Assembly: GCA_001179505.1 (NCBI GenBank)
Contig: CDMY01000264.1
Span: 1-64,000, forward strand
Reading direction: 5' to 3'
Length of the DNA stretch: 64,000 nt
Source: Vitrella brassicaformis CCMP3155
Taxonomy: Eukaryota > Protista > Chromerida
A program made the position numbers and the translations under genes. A model generated the notes under the pieces. The model saw nothing but the letters and a program-made list of their open reading frames with translations. It had not been told where the DNA came from and did not search any database. Shown piece by piece: positions 1-12,215 of the stretch (position 1 is its first letter; the number at the start of each line of letters is the position of its first letter).

Positions 1-173
1 GGACTCTCCACAAAATCCACAGACCTTACGTTGCATTGACTTAATCCTTTATCCGGGACTGACCGCCCGGCAGATCCTCTCTTCACCATTCTCCCCGACT
101 CTCTCCCACCTATTCTTACAGGTGCCTGCCTGTCTGCTGCGCACTCCTGCACAACCGCATTGACGAACTTCGC

Positions 174-222
174 AAACCCTACATAGCATAATTAGGGTTT
201 AGGGTGTGGGGTTTCAAACCCT
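174..222. repeat. Short telomere-like (TTTAGGG/CCCTAAA-type) motif cluster in both orientations
   Basis: aaaccct at 174-180, ttagggtttaggg at 192-204, gggtttcaaaccct at ~209-222. Only 2-4 units, so interstitial or telo-box-like rather than a telomere. Confidence 0.4.
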
Positions 223-1227
223 GCGAGCTCAGACGTGCTCGGGGGAAAGGCACGCGCATAAACCGCGGCAGGCAGATCGCGCAGAGAGGCTCACAGGAAG
301 GCCATACACGCAGTCAGGAGCAGCCAGAAGGACAAGTAAGCTGACATCTCTCTCGGTGCCCGTGTGTGTCTGTGTGTGCAGGTCGAGATGGCGTGTTGTA
401 CCAAGACCCCGATGCTCGTTTGTGTGCCAGAGGATTGCTCTCGATGAGGGCTTTGCTATGCGCCGACCAATTGGCCTCTGCGGAACTTCTCTCTGACCCC
501 TCCCTCGCCCATTTTTCCATCTCCGCAGGCCCGTGTTTGGCTCTGTGGGTGTGGTCTGGCCCATCCATCACACGGGTCGAGTGCATCAGCTCATGTGCCG
601 CACAGGTGCCAAAGGAGAAGTCAGCAACAGCCCCATACATAAGAGCACCGACGCTGGCGGGATTTTCACGTTTCTGACTGTAGGGTTACCTTTGCCGAGT
701 GTCTGCAGCCCGACAGACACCTGATAGACAAGGAGTAAGACTAGTCTGCTCCGGGGTGGTCACTATGGACCAGGATACCGTCGAGAAGAAAATTTCACCT
801 GTGTACTTGACCCCGTGAGCCGCCCCCCACACACACACACCGGTTCTGTGTCTGTGTGTGTGTGTGTGTGTCTGCGTGTGTGTGTGTGTGTGTGTGTGTG
901 TCTGCGTGTGTGTCCCGAGAAGGCTGATTGTTCCACACGTCCATCGATTCGATTAGACAAGAAACTGCTTCGATATGTCGTCGTAAGCGAGATTGGCGGG
1001 ACGACCAGACACGCACCTCACGACAGCAGACGCACTGCACAGCAGTCATTCTCTACGCGTCTGTCTGTGTGTGTGTGAGCAGGACGGCGATCCGGTCGCT
1101 ACGGGTGCGCGTCATTACTACCTACTTGACTCGGCATCACTCATTCATTGCAGCCGGATATTTCTGTTGCTCTGTTTGGATCTGTCGATGCCTTGCAGCG
1201 CACTATTGCTGAGTGTTGGGTGTGCAC

Positions 1228-2444
1228 ATGGCGTCGCGACATCGCGATGAAGCACGGCTGATTTGGGTGCTGGAAGTCTTGGAGCACTTGCAACCGCAGC
1301 GAGGGGAGGAACCAAGGCCAGTTCCGGTCCCCAGGGACCACCCAAGAGTTCACCAGTTGCGGGAGGGAGTGCGCGACAAGTTCTCGGCGTCTGACATGGT
1401 GATCTTTTTCTACGACAAGGAGCAGAAGATAGTCGACGGAAAGGAGAAGTGCCTGGTGTCCGAGGTGTTCGGCGAGCAAGGACTGGAACCGGATAATCCC
1501 ATACTCATGCAAGCAGGTGAGCGCAGGATGACAAGCTGGGACGGAGTGGTAAAGATCTGGGACACGCAGAATCTGTGGCTCTTTGGTGTGTGTACTCAGT
1601 ACGAAAGCGTCACGCAGGTGAACCCCCCATCAAGAAGAGCGGCACAATGTCCCTCTCACTGATCCACACCGTGGGCGGCCTCAACCACAAGTCGCGTCGC
1701 GACGTCATCTCACCAGAGGAGCTGACCGGCCCTTTCGAGGACAACGCAATCCCTCCCTATACCGGCGGCCCAGCGGACGAGATGTATGTGCGCCTGCATG
1801 TGCAGAGAGAGCTGCTGCAGAGGGTGGTGGAGGTGGCGAACAAGGCGAGGAAGCAGCAGCAGCGGTGGGATGTGAAGCTGACGAAGGGGATGGCAGTCAA
1901 GTCGGCTTATTCTGTCGAGCTGGCTAACGGCGAGATCATGACACTAGAGGGGAGTCCGGGCGACCTTTGCCTGATACCTCGTGTTTCCGCCTCTCGCCCA
2001 GCCACGACCTGCACTGGGAAGGTTGCCGTCATTGTGGACGCGATGGCCAAGGATGCGTCGTTCACCGACAGCCAACTTGATCAGCTGTCCGGCGAGATGA
2101 TGGTGGTGAGGAGCTTGAGGGACCCTCCATCTGGGCGTGAATGTGATGATCCATTGGGGGTGGTCTGCAATGACAGTCAGGCGTGGGTTGTGTGGTGTAA
2201 CGAAGAGCTAGACAGATCAGTGTGTAATCTGATCGTCAGTCAAGCACTCGACTACACTCAGCTTGCCAACTATCTTGTGCGGTTTTTGAATGGATTTCAG
2301 TATGAGAGATTGATAGATGCTCAAGACGACTTAGAGAGAACAGAAAGAACACACAAATGGAGGGTTCGGGACGAGGCAGTGCATCAGTCTGCTGTCGAAT
2401 GGATGGAGTGCATGAAGGACGGGGCTTCGGATGAAATGCGTTGA
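1228..2444 (+). CDS. Two-exon hypothetical protein with Crinkler-like ubiquitin-fold header and an uncharacterised C-terminal module
   Basis: ATG at 1228. Exon 1228-1516 (MASRHRDEARLIWVLEV...RVHQLREGVRDKFSASDMVIFFYD...GLEPDNPILMQ). GT-AG intron 1517-1599 (gtgagc...ctcag) joins it in phase to the 1575-2444 ORF. The C-terminal module has a close paralogue at 39443-39992. Confidence 0.65.
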
Positions 2445-2538
2445 CTTTGCTATGGTGGTGTTTGCTTCGGTGGTTTGGCAGAGAGGCCGGGGGGAAGGAG
2501 GGGTCGTTGATTCAGTGTTGTGTGTGTTGGGGGGGGGG

Positions 2539-2838
2539 NNNNNNNNNNNNNNNNNNNNNNNNNNNNNNNNNNNNNNNNNNNNNNNNNNNNNNNNNNNNNN
2601 NNNNNNNNNNNNNNNNNNNNNNNNNNNNNNNNNNNNNNNNNNNNNNNNNNNNNNNNNNNNNNNNNNNNNNNNNNNNNNNNNNNNNNNNNNNNNNNNNNNN
2701 NNNNNNNNNNNNNNNNNNNNNNNNNNNNNNNNNNNNNNNNNNNNNNNNNNNNNNNNNNNNNNNNNNNNNNNNNNNNNNNNNNNNNNNNNNNNNNNNNNNN
2801 NNNNNNNNNNNNNNNNNNNNNNNNNNNNNNNNNNNNNN
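2539..2838. other. Assembly gap (300 N)
   Basis: Run of N. Both flanks carry the same gtgttgtgtgtgttgggggggg sequence. Confidence 0.99.
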
Positions 2839-3323
2839 GTGTTGTGTGTGTTGGGGGGGGGGAGGGGGGAGGGTTTGACTTAGAGTGTGCTAGAGGTTTG
2901 CGTTCATCGGTCAGCGTGAATATGTTCACTGTCGCGCTGGGGACGCTCACTTTGGCTGGTTGATTTGCGTGACACAAGAATCGACCACCGACAGCCGACA
3001 GCTGGCACGAGCTTTGTTTAGTGGGTGTACGTGCACTGCACGGACTCTGGATGGATGAATGATCGGACGTGCACGATGGCTGGATGGATGATGAACGTAT
3101 CTCTCAACCATTTCAAGCGCACACAGTGAAGTGAATGCAATGCACGGCCGACCATTTCAAGCGCGTGTTGTATACGACATTTCAAGTGACGCAGTGGAGG
3201 GAGCTACAGGGGCGGGGCCAGCCGTCAAGAATGAAAGCGTCATCATGCACGCACAAATGGAATGGCCCCCGCGGAGGGAGCCTTTGTCGTTCTATCAGAC
3301 GTCAGTCTGTCACGTCAGTCACG

Positions 3324-4632
3324 TCACTTGAGGGTCGTGTACTGTCTGAACTCGCTCAGGATGGTCGTGTTGGCCACCAGCTCCTTGACCAGCGGCGTCT
3401 GCTGTCCGCCCTGAGAGGGGTAAATGCGGCCGAACAGCTTCTGGAAACGAGTGTTGTACAGCAGCAGCTGAGTCAACACCTACATCGCATGCATGGCCAC
3501 ACAAGAATGACACACAACAGAGGGAGGGAGCTTTGTGTGTATATGTCTGTCTGTCCGTCTGTCTGTCTGTCGGCCATTGTGTGTAGATTATGGCAGTGTG
3601 GCGTGGCGTGGCATGGCGTGCCTGTTTGAGTATGTCCATGCCGTTGGTGAAGTTGGTGAATGAGCTCAGCACGTTGGCGTGAATGGCGTCGATCGACCGC
3701 TTCCACTCGGCCCCGAACGACTTGACCTGCACACACACACATATACACTCACATGGACAGACAGATGGGCAGATGTGTGGGTGGGCTGCTTACAATGCGT
3801 TCGACTCGTTTGGGGTCGACCATTGTGGCTGGGGCGGTGCCGGGGGCGGTGCCGGGGGCGGCTGCGTTGAGCTTTGGCTCGGTCTCCTTGACGAACCGAA
3901 TGAGTTCCGAGAAGTAGTCGAGCAGCTGCTCCTCCACGTACACGCTGATCTGGTCGCGCAACAGACAGTCAAAGCTGCCAACCAATCAACCAACAAACAC
4001 ACGACACACAGACACAGAGACGTGTGCAAATGGGATGTGTGTGTGTGTACTGTGTACCGTCCGGCGGCCTCGTTTTGGAGTTTCTTCTCGTGCAGCACCC
4101 CAAGAATGAGGTCATAGTTGTTGATCAGGAAGATCAGCCGATCCCGCCGAGAAGAAAACTCACGGGCCATGGCCTGCACACACACCTCTGTATGTCTGTG
4201 TGTGTGTGTGGGAGGGGGGGGATCGGTGTCTGTGTGACCTCGAGAAGGGTCTCCATTGCGTTTTGCATGGCTGTGAGTGAGTGTGTGAGAGTGTCGTCCG
4301 GCGTCCCGCCGCCGATCGGCGTGCTCAACGCACTCAGCGCGCTGCTCATCTCGGCGTAGCGACGAGTCACCTACACACAACACATGACACACATGACTGA
4401 CAGACAGACCAATGTGTGTTGTGTGTGGATGGATGGCTGGATGGCGTACGCACATAGTGTGGGTGTGTCTTTTGTGCGGGGGGCAGCTGCAGCATCTGCT
4501 GGATGGGGGCCCGCCGGAGGGACAGCACATTCATGTCCACCACCTGCTTGAAGCGCGGCCACAGCATCGACTGAGGGATGGAGGGAGGGACGCAATGACA
4601 ACAGAGGGATGCACACACAGGCCACACACACG

Positions 4633-4668
<36 letters not shown>

Positions 4669-6661
4669 TGTCAGTACTCGTAGTCGGTCCAGGTATCCCT
4701 CCAGGCACGGCACTCGCCGCCTTTGCATCGTCAGCCGGTTCCACTCGTTGACGCGCGCCATCAGCAGCAGACCCACAGAGTCGTACGACGTCGATATCGA
4801 CCCCTCTAAGGTCTCGTAAAAGAACTACACACACACACAGAGAGAGAGAGAGGGGAAATGACAAATGAGTCCATACTAATCTGTGTTGATGGGTTAGGTT
4901 AGGTTAGTCGCGCGCACTTGGAAGGTTTTGCTGAAGACGTCATTGAAGACGGCCAGGTCGTCCCGCCCGCCTCCCGGCGTGGAGAAGAAGTCATGCAGAA
5001 ACAGAAACTCGGCCGTCGCCGTGTCCACCAGCAGCTTCTGGTGACTCCTACGCACACACATACGCACACACACACACACACACTCGGCCATTGATGGAGA
5101 CAGCTAGATGCCCACACCCCCCGTCCCTCAGTCACCTGAAGAGCTGTTCGCTGTAGAATTTGCTCGTGGCGCTCTGCTGCGCGTGCAGACTGGCCGTGCC
5201 CTGCACGCCGGCCGGCAGGGGCGTCGGCGAGCTCGGCGCCTGAGTGATTCGATTACACAGCGCAGGGGTGCATTTCAGTTGTGTGACGGGGTGGTCGGGT
5301 TCGGTGCGCACCTGTGTGGCATCAGCGGCAGCAGCAGCAGGGCCAGCAGCGGCTGACGATGCGCTGGAGGTGCTTGGGGGCGTGAAGTGTATGGTGTGCG
5401 CCACCAACGGGTTGGCGTCCAGCTCACGCAACAGCTGGTCACGACCTGCCAGACTGACCACACACACAACACACAACACACACAACACACACAACTCTCT
5501 CTCTCTCTCTGTGTGTGTGTTGCCTTGTGCCCATCGACTCATCCATGGGCACACGCACACGCACGTACCTGAAGACATTGCCTCTCCCCTGCAGAATGTT
5601 GTGGCTGCGGTTGAGCCCCATAACGGCGCCCAACATCTGCCCCACCCCGCCCGCACCGCCCGCCTGCATGGCCGCCCCGCCGCTGTCCATGGCTCCCAGC
5701 AGGTCGTTGCGCGTGGCCGTCTGCTCCAGCTGCAGGCGGCTGAGCGACTGCACATAGGTCTTGAACTGGGTGAGGTACAGCCGCTGCATCGTGTGGACAT
5801 ACAGCTGCTGCACGTCGTGGGCTGCGCTGGGGTGGTGGTCGGTCAGGAAGGTGTAGAGGGGCTTGAACCGCACCAGGACATTCCGCTGGATGATCTGCAC
5901 GTTGGTCTTGGGCTTCTTGAGCTGGTTGATCTTCGAGATCAGGAAGTCGCGAATGCGCGAGATGGCCTTGGTCTTGAGCCGCTCCAGCTCGGGGATCGAC
6001 GCGGCGCTCGACGGATGCTCGGCCAGACCGGGCTGTGTGGCGTGTTCGAGCTTGTTGGTGAGGTCGTTGAGCCGGCCGATGTAGTGGTCGTCGACCTCTC
6101 CCTCACAGATGGCGTGCACCAGGTCCGGGGTGACGACAATGTGGCTGAGGTAGGTGTTGAGGACCTCTGCGGCCACCCGTCGGTTCTGCAGCTTGCCGTT
6201 CATGTCAAGAGAGTCCTGCTGCAGCCGCTTGATCTTGCGGCTGATGCCGCCGAGGTCCGACTGGAAGTTGGTCAGCATGGCCTCCATCTTCTCGAGGACG
6301 CTGTCGCAGAGCTGGATGTCTGTGTGCAGCGACAGCAGGTCGCCCTGGCACTTGAGGTACTCATCCACACTCTCGTGCTCCAGACCACGCAGCTCCTTGT
6401 CAACCTGACATCACCACAGTCACCACACCACACACAACCACATGCATCTCTCGTCTGTCTGTCCGTCTGTGTGCCTGTCTGTCTGCGTCATGTGCCATGG
6501 CTGCATATCATCCGGCGGCCCACCTGCTGAGTGTATTGGTGCAGCGCCTTGCCGTCTTTGAGAGCGGCGGCGATGGCGGGGTCTTGCGCGTACTTGTCGA
6601 GCTCTCGCTCCAGCTCCTCCACATCCAGGTCAACCAATGACACCTCGCCGGCAGATGACAT
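3324..6661 (-). CDS. VPS52: Vacuolar protein sorting 52 (GARP/EARP complex subunit), multi-exon
   Basis: ATG at 6661 (MSSAGEVSLVDLDVEELERELDKY...). Core exon has DLLSLHTDIQLCDSVLEKMEAMLTNFQSDLGGISRKIKRLQ and ELERLKTKAISRIRDFLISKINQLKKPKTNVQIIQ. Later exons have DRLIFLINNYDLIL and YVEEQL, ending VLTQLLLYNTRF...TTLK-TGA at 3324-3326. These are typical Vps52/Sac2 motifs. Confidence 0.95.
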
Positions 6662-6932
6662 TGTTATCGGCAGACGATTGATGACGGACAGAGAGATGGC
6701 TGATATGAGGAGTCAAGCCATGGACACCGCTGCATACACACCACGCGCCGCGTCCTTCCCTCTCCAATATGTGAGAGCGGTTTCACGGAATGTCCTGCAT
6801 GCGCCAATGCGAGCTCAGAAGTAACGGTGAGTTGGGCGAGAAAAGAAGGCAAAGGCGGCCAGGTGTGTGGCCGCAGTAAGGCCAGGGCAGGACAGAGCGC
6901 GGAGTACCGAATAGCCATTCCATTCCTGAGGC

Positions 6933-7660
6933 ATGAGCACAGAGGTACTTACGTATGTGAGGGGAGGGGGGAGTGCAGGCAGAGAGGGCACAGCACAGCA
7001 CGGCACAGGACAGCACAGCACCGCTGCACAGCTAGAAGCAGCCACTCCCACATGTGGCACAGCCACATCATGTGCTGGCACCATCTGTGTCAAGAGCCAT
7101 GGCTATTGTGTGTGTTGGTGGCCTTGCAGGGCGGCGAGAGGAGTTCGCAGTTGGCTAGCGTCAACCTGCCGCACAAATGTGTCAAGTACGCACAACCACA
7201 CACCGAACGCTCATCTGTCCGTCTCGTGTGAGCTCCTCACAGGAACTTGTGTTTGTACGAGGCGTGTCGTCGTGAGGGGTTCACCAAGACCTGTGACTAC
7301 TACCGCCTGGAGTGCGACTACAGCTGCCCCAAGAACTACGGCAACATCCTGCAGCAGCTCTGGAAGGCGCCCCCGCAACGATCCGACTCCACCGACACAA
7401 ACTCTACCACCACCAGCATCAGCACCATCAGCAACAGCAACAGCACCACCAATGGCAATGGCAATGGCAGCATCACCATCACTGGCGCCAACGGCAGCAC
7501 TAGCAACGGTATGATAATCGGGGTGGGGGAGTGCAGCCCCTCCAGCAGCACCAGCCCCACCAGCAGCAGCACCAGCCCCACCAGCAGCAGCACCAGCAAC
7601 ACTGGCGGCGGCGCACAGCCCAAGCCGGCCCTTATGTTTAGCAATGGGCTGGAGGCGTGA
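6933..7660 (+). CDS. Small hypothetical protein with a 6-Cys motif and Ser/Thr/Asn-rich tail
   Basis: Three exons join in phase through GT-AG introns: MSTE (6933-6944), GGERSSQLASVNLPHKCVK (from 7130), NLCLYEACRREGFTKTCDYYRLECDYSCPKNYG...LEA-TGA (7660). Confidence 0.65.
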
Positions 7661-9195
7661 GTGAACGAGCGGTACATTCCATAGGGGCGGCTCTCTCTGC
7701 GTGTGTGTGTGTGGAGATGTGTGTGGGTGGCCGACCGTGCTGCTTGTACATAAAAGAGGGAGGGGGGAGGGAGGGGTCTTGACTAATAATTCACTGGCTG
7801 GCTGGCTGGCGGCTTGGCTGGCTGGCTGATTCATTCATCAGATGCAATCAATGCTCTTGTTGTCCTTTTTGATGGTGTGATGTGCCTGCCAGTGGGCGGT
7901 GCCGTGAGGGTGATTGGATGTATGTATAGAATAGGGCGGGCAATTGCATTGAATGCATTGCAACATTGCGTGATCGTCTTGTGGTCCTTTCTTTGCTATC
8001 CTATGCTGCCTGGCTGCTTATGCCTGCCTGGCTGACGTGGTGAAGCTAAGCGACTGCTTGCGGCCCCCTGGCTGCCTGTCTGTCTGTCCGTGTGCAAGTG
8101 TGTCACCGAGTGAGTGTGGTCGCGTGTGGGCTGCTTGGCTGTCCGTTGCAAACCACGTATAGACAGACATGCAGGTCGGCAGGTCGCCCGCCCGGCCTGG
8201 CCGACGTGATCGCACACACGAGAAGAAAGAGCACTTACTTGGCTCGCTGGCTGGCTGGCTGACAGGGTGGCTGACTGTGAGAGGGCTGTATAGGGTAGAA
8301 TAGCAAAAAAAGCTAGCTATACAGGTGTGCGTGTGTGTGGTTGATGTGTTGAGGGCGGGATGGATGGATGGATGGGCCGCACTCTCTCGCTCTCACCCAC
8401 TGAGTGCAGCCCCGCCTCTGTTAGATAAGTTAGCAACCAATACTGGCTGAATGGCTGAACGGCTGAATGGCTGGCTGGCTGGCTGGCTGCTGTGTGTGCG
8501 CGAGGGGGGAGGGAGAGCGGGCCATAGTCACCTACAGGCAGACAGACAGACAGACTTACAGACAGACAGACTTACAGAGAGAGAGAGATTCTAATATCAA
8601 GACAGACAGCAGCACACAGAAGACAAACACACCAACGAATGCACCAATGTGTGTGTCTGCGTGTGTGTGTGTGTGTGTGTGTACATATCACCCCTGTCTG
8701 CCTGCCTGTCTGCCTGGATGAGTGGATGGGTGTGGGTTTGGGTGCTCATTTGCTATCTAGAGATCCATACACAGCTGGTTGCGAACCCTCCACGTGTCTG
8801 TCTGTTCGTGTATGTGTTGTGTGCATTGTAAGTAACACTTGGTGGGCAGCGTGATGAATGAACGAGTGAGTACATGTAAGCGTTGCAAACGAACGCCATC
8901 ACGTCTTGTCTTGTCGACCATCCCATCCATCACACACACACGAGCAGTGAGCAAGGAAGAACGAACCAACCAACCAAACGAAAGATCGTCTGTCTCTTCT
9001 TGGCTGGCCCTTAGGAGTTAGGAGTGAGTGAGTCGATGAGCAGTGAGTGCCCAGCACACCCACCCATCCACCCACTCACGCAATGCGCACACACACACAC
9101 GCACATCCCATCCCATACGCACACAGCGAGCCGGCAAGGCACATTGTGTATGAGTATCACGTCCATCCATCCATCCATCTGTCGCCTCATGTATG

Positions 9196-11316
9196 TCATG
9201 CCAGCACACGAGTGGTCATATTCATCATACGCGTCCCCGCGTCCCCCCTCCCCCCGGTCCGCACCCCCGACACCCAGTAGCGAAATCCCCGGCCGTGATA
9301 GCACTCCAGCAGCGCACCTTTCAGCCTCTCATACAACGCATCCTCCAGACGCCCCTCGTCAACCGCACCATAAGCATCACGGGATATGGGGACCAGTACC
9401 ACATGTGTGTCTGTGTCTCCCTTGCTGCCGCACACAACGTCCACAGCCACAAGGGTCTGAGTTATCTCCCCCCCTCTGCTGCTGGTGGTGGTGGTGGTGA
9501 TGGTGGTGGTGTTGCTCTGCTGCTGCTGCTGCTGGCCATGGTAGTCATCAGCAGCAGCGGTGAGGACGTTGCTCTCAGGGACGAATGTGGCATCTCTCCC
9601 ACACCTCACCAGCGCCCTGTGCCGCGTCTTGTCGAAACACAGGTTGCGGTAGCTAAATGATGAAGTACTCGAAGCTTCGAGCCACTCGTTGTAGTGAGCG
9701 TCGGTCCACTGCTGTATCCTCTCCCGAATGAGCTCGCGTGCATGCCGCACACCCGCAGAATCGGCCGGGTGAGAGGCACCGAAGTCCAGGCAGTGAGAAC
9801 CGCCCTACATCCATCCATTTGACAACAAACACGGTGGACGACACACCCCAGACAGACACACACGATGCTGGCTGGCTGCCGGCATGAGTGTCTCGGTTGC
9901 TCTGCTTACGGGGATCTCGTAGGCATCCACATCCGGCAGCGGGTGCTGTCCCAGGTCGGTGCTCTCGACACTGAGTATCTGCCATGGGTCCGTCTGCCCA
10001 TTGGTGAAGTGGATGCGGCTGGGCGGCTGGGCAGACCCCAAACGACCCGTCAGCTGCTTCCCGTCCCACAGGGCATTCTCACGCGCCGCCATCGATGTCC
10101 ACTTAGCGCCTGAAGAGAGAGAGAGGGAGGGAGAGAAGCCTCTCTCTCTATGTGCTGTGTGTGTCGTGTCTCTATCGTGGCTCTGCTGAGCGACTGAGAG
10201 TCCGACTGACCATATGGTAAGGGGAAGGTGTGATCGCAGGCGCGATGGGCGAATGACACGTCGATGAGTTCTGATCGCATCGAATGGGGGAACCCCACCT
10301 AAAGGCAATTAACACACACACAAAGGACGTAAGGGAAGATGTGTCTGTCTCAGCCAGCCTGGATGGACGCGTGTTTGTGTCCTTCCTTACCTGCCAGTAC
10401 TCATATTCGCTGCAAGATTGCCACATCCACAGCCGCTGGGAAGCCGACTCGTCGAGCTTCGTGTCCTCGTGGTGCAAAATGTCGTGGAAGTCGCAGTCCT
10501 GCCCCGTGGCCTTCGTCAGGTACACCGACAGCCAGCCAAAATCACGCAGCAGACGCTCCTCAGCCATCTCGCTGTCAGTGTCGGTGTCATTCGACAGCTC
10601 AGAGGCCTCCGGTGACCCAAGTGTGTGTGGCACCAAGCGAAGCGGATAAGGCGAGAACGGCGCTGTGGGGGGGAAGGGGAGCTTCGGCTCGCCAGCTATG
10701 ATCCCCATTCGCATCGGCTCTGACAGTGTCTCGACGAACGACGGCGCCTCCCGGGCCTCGTCGGCGTGTTGCGTCGCAGTGTCTTTGGGGAACCGTGGCC
10801 TCACTTTGTGTGGCGGGGGGCTGGCGGGCTTCGAGATAGCGATTCTCTCGCCCTTGAATATGCGGCACATGTTGTCGATGTAGGGCCGCACCTTCGAGGT
10901 GTGGTACTGCACTGCCGTCGACACTTTGTCAGCCGCTATGAACAGGAAGTCCACCACATCGTCATATGTCTCCGCCGGGAGGCCCGTGCACCCGAAGAGA
11001 TCGAAGATCCGTCGGGCTTCCCTTGAAGCTCTGCTGTGCTTATAGACGTCCCCGCCATACCTCCGCCGCATTGCTGGCGTGACGGGTGGCTGCAGCAGCC
11101 GTCTTTCCAGGATCTTGGTGGCCTTGCGGATGGTCTTGGCGCAGTCTCGTGGTATGGAGTCCTCGACGACGGCGTCGTATTCAGTGTACTTCTCCCGCGC
11201 CTCGATGGGAGCCGATGACGAGATGGCTCCCGTGATGGTCTCTGGGAATTTCGCACGGGCGAATGCGGCAATATTGCCTGCATATATGAAAGGCAGACAG
11301 GCCATATCGGAGAGAG

Positions 11317-11351
<35 letters not shown>

Positions 11352-11884
11352 GAACAGATGCTCCAGCGAATACAGATATGCCCCGAAATATGACGCCATC
11401 TCCACTACCATCCCTGACACAGACACCCACACACATACATACATTCGAAAGTGTTCCGTTGTGTTGTGGTGTGGCGTGGCGGCTGACGGACCGAGTTCAG
11501 TGGCCTGTGAGTTGAGCGGCCCCTCCCCGCCCACATAGACAAACATGGGAGGCACCACAGCGTCTGGCAGCTCCTCCACCGCCGGCGTGATGCGAAGGTC
11601 AGGTTCTGCCAGTACCGCTGCTGCCAGAAGGTGCGTGGCGACCACTCGGTCTGCCAGAAGTGGTCCAAGTTCTGTGTGAACCATCGAGGCGGATGGTCGT
11701 CGATGCGGCACTGGTCGGACAAATCGTCGGCTGACTCGTCATTGTCTACAGATGGCATCGCGGGCATGACAAGGGGCTGCTGCCTTGGCCTTGGCTGACG
11801 CGATGAGCTGGTTGGCATTATCAGAAGGAGGATCAGAGACGGCAAGAGGGACAGCACGAAGAGAAGTGGGCGATGGGAGTGCAT
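9196..11884 (-). CDS. Serine carboxypeptidase family S28 (PRCP/TSSP-like), secreted, apparently disrupted in this assembly
   Basis: Signal-like MHSHRPLLFVLSLLPSLILLL; WFTQNLDHF...WQQRY; FVYVGGEG; SLEH; AGNIAAFARAKFP...GAISSSAP; RLWMWQSCSEY; FTNGQTDPW; GGSHCLDF...HARELI. There is a frameshift near 11595, and the segment carrying the GGSY nucleophile is absent. The 3' end is uncertain. Confidence 0.88.
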
Positions 11885-12215
11885 GCCGATGCCGCCGATG
11901 CCGATGAATGGATGAAAGGTGAGAACTGCAATGGGATGAAGAGAAAGGACGGCTGGAAGCCGCTACAGTGCAGGCGATAAGGGCCCGCGGCTGCCTTGCG
12001 TTGCCCTGCGCCCGGCAATGATGGTCTGCAATGACGGAGAGTGCGAGCTGCATGCATGATGCAAGTCCGGCCCCCAGATGTGGGGGCTGAGACCGAGTCT
12101 CAGTCTCGGGGGAGCACCTGCTGCTGTCCGCTTCTCTCAGCGCTTTTCATCACAACGTCCTCATCGGTTTGAACAACGGTCATCTGTTCATATCAACCAT
12201 CAAACGATTGTGAGC

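Noticed and set aside
1-11. ggactctccac matching the reverse complement at 49250-49260
   Set aside because: An 11-bp match in 64 kb is expected by chance, and the flanks do not extend the match.
2431-2977. ORFs spanning the first N-gap, and identical flanks on both sides of the gap
   Set aside because: The ORFs are open only because of the Ns. The duplicated flank ending in poly-G is best explained as an assembly overlap, not a biological repeat.
4891-4907. gggttaggttaggttag resembling TTAGG telomeric repeat
   Set aside because: Only three units inside a VPS52 intron. On the coding strand it reads as ctaac repeats, so there is no evidence for telomeric origin.
5244-6530. 428-aa plus-strand ORF
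   Set aside because: Antisense shadow of the GC-rich VPS52 exons, running through microsatellite introns.
7700-9190. Numerous short ORFs rich in CV/HT/TD/GW repeats
   Set aside because: Translations of (GT)n, (GACA)n, (GGCT)n and (GGAT)n microsatellites in UTR or intergenic DNA.
12049-12056. TGCATGCA (ApiAP2-type motif), also at 18588-18595 and 34090-34097
   Set aside because: Three noticed occurrences of an 8-mer in 64 kb of TG/CA-rich DNA is not clearly above chance, although the first lies in a divergent promoter.
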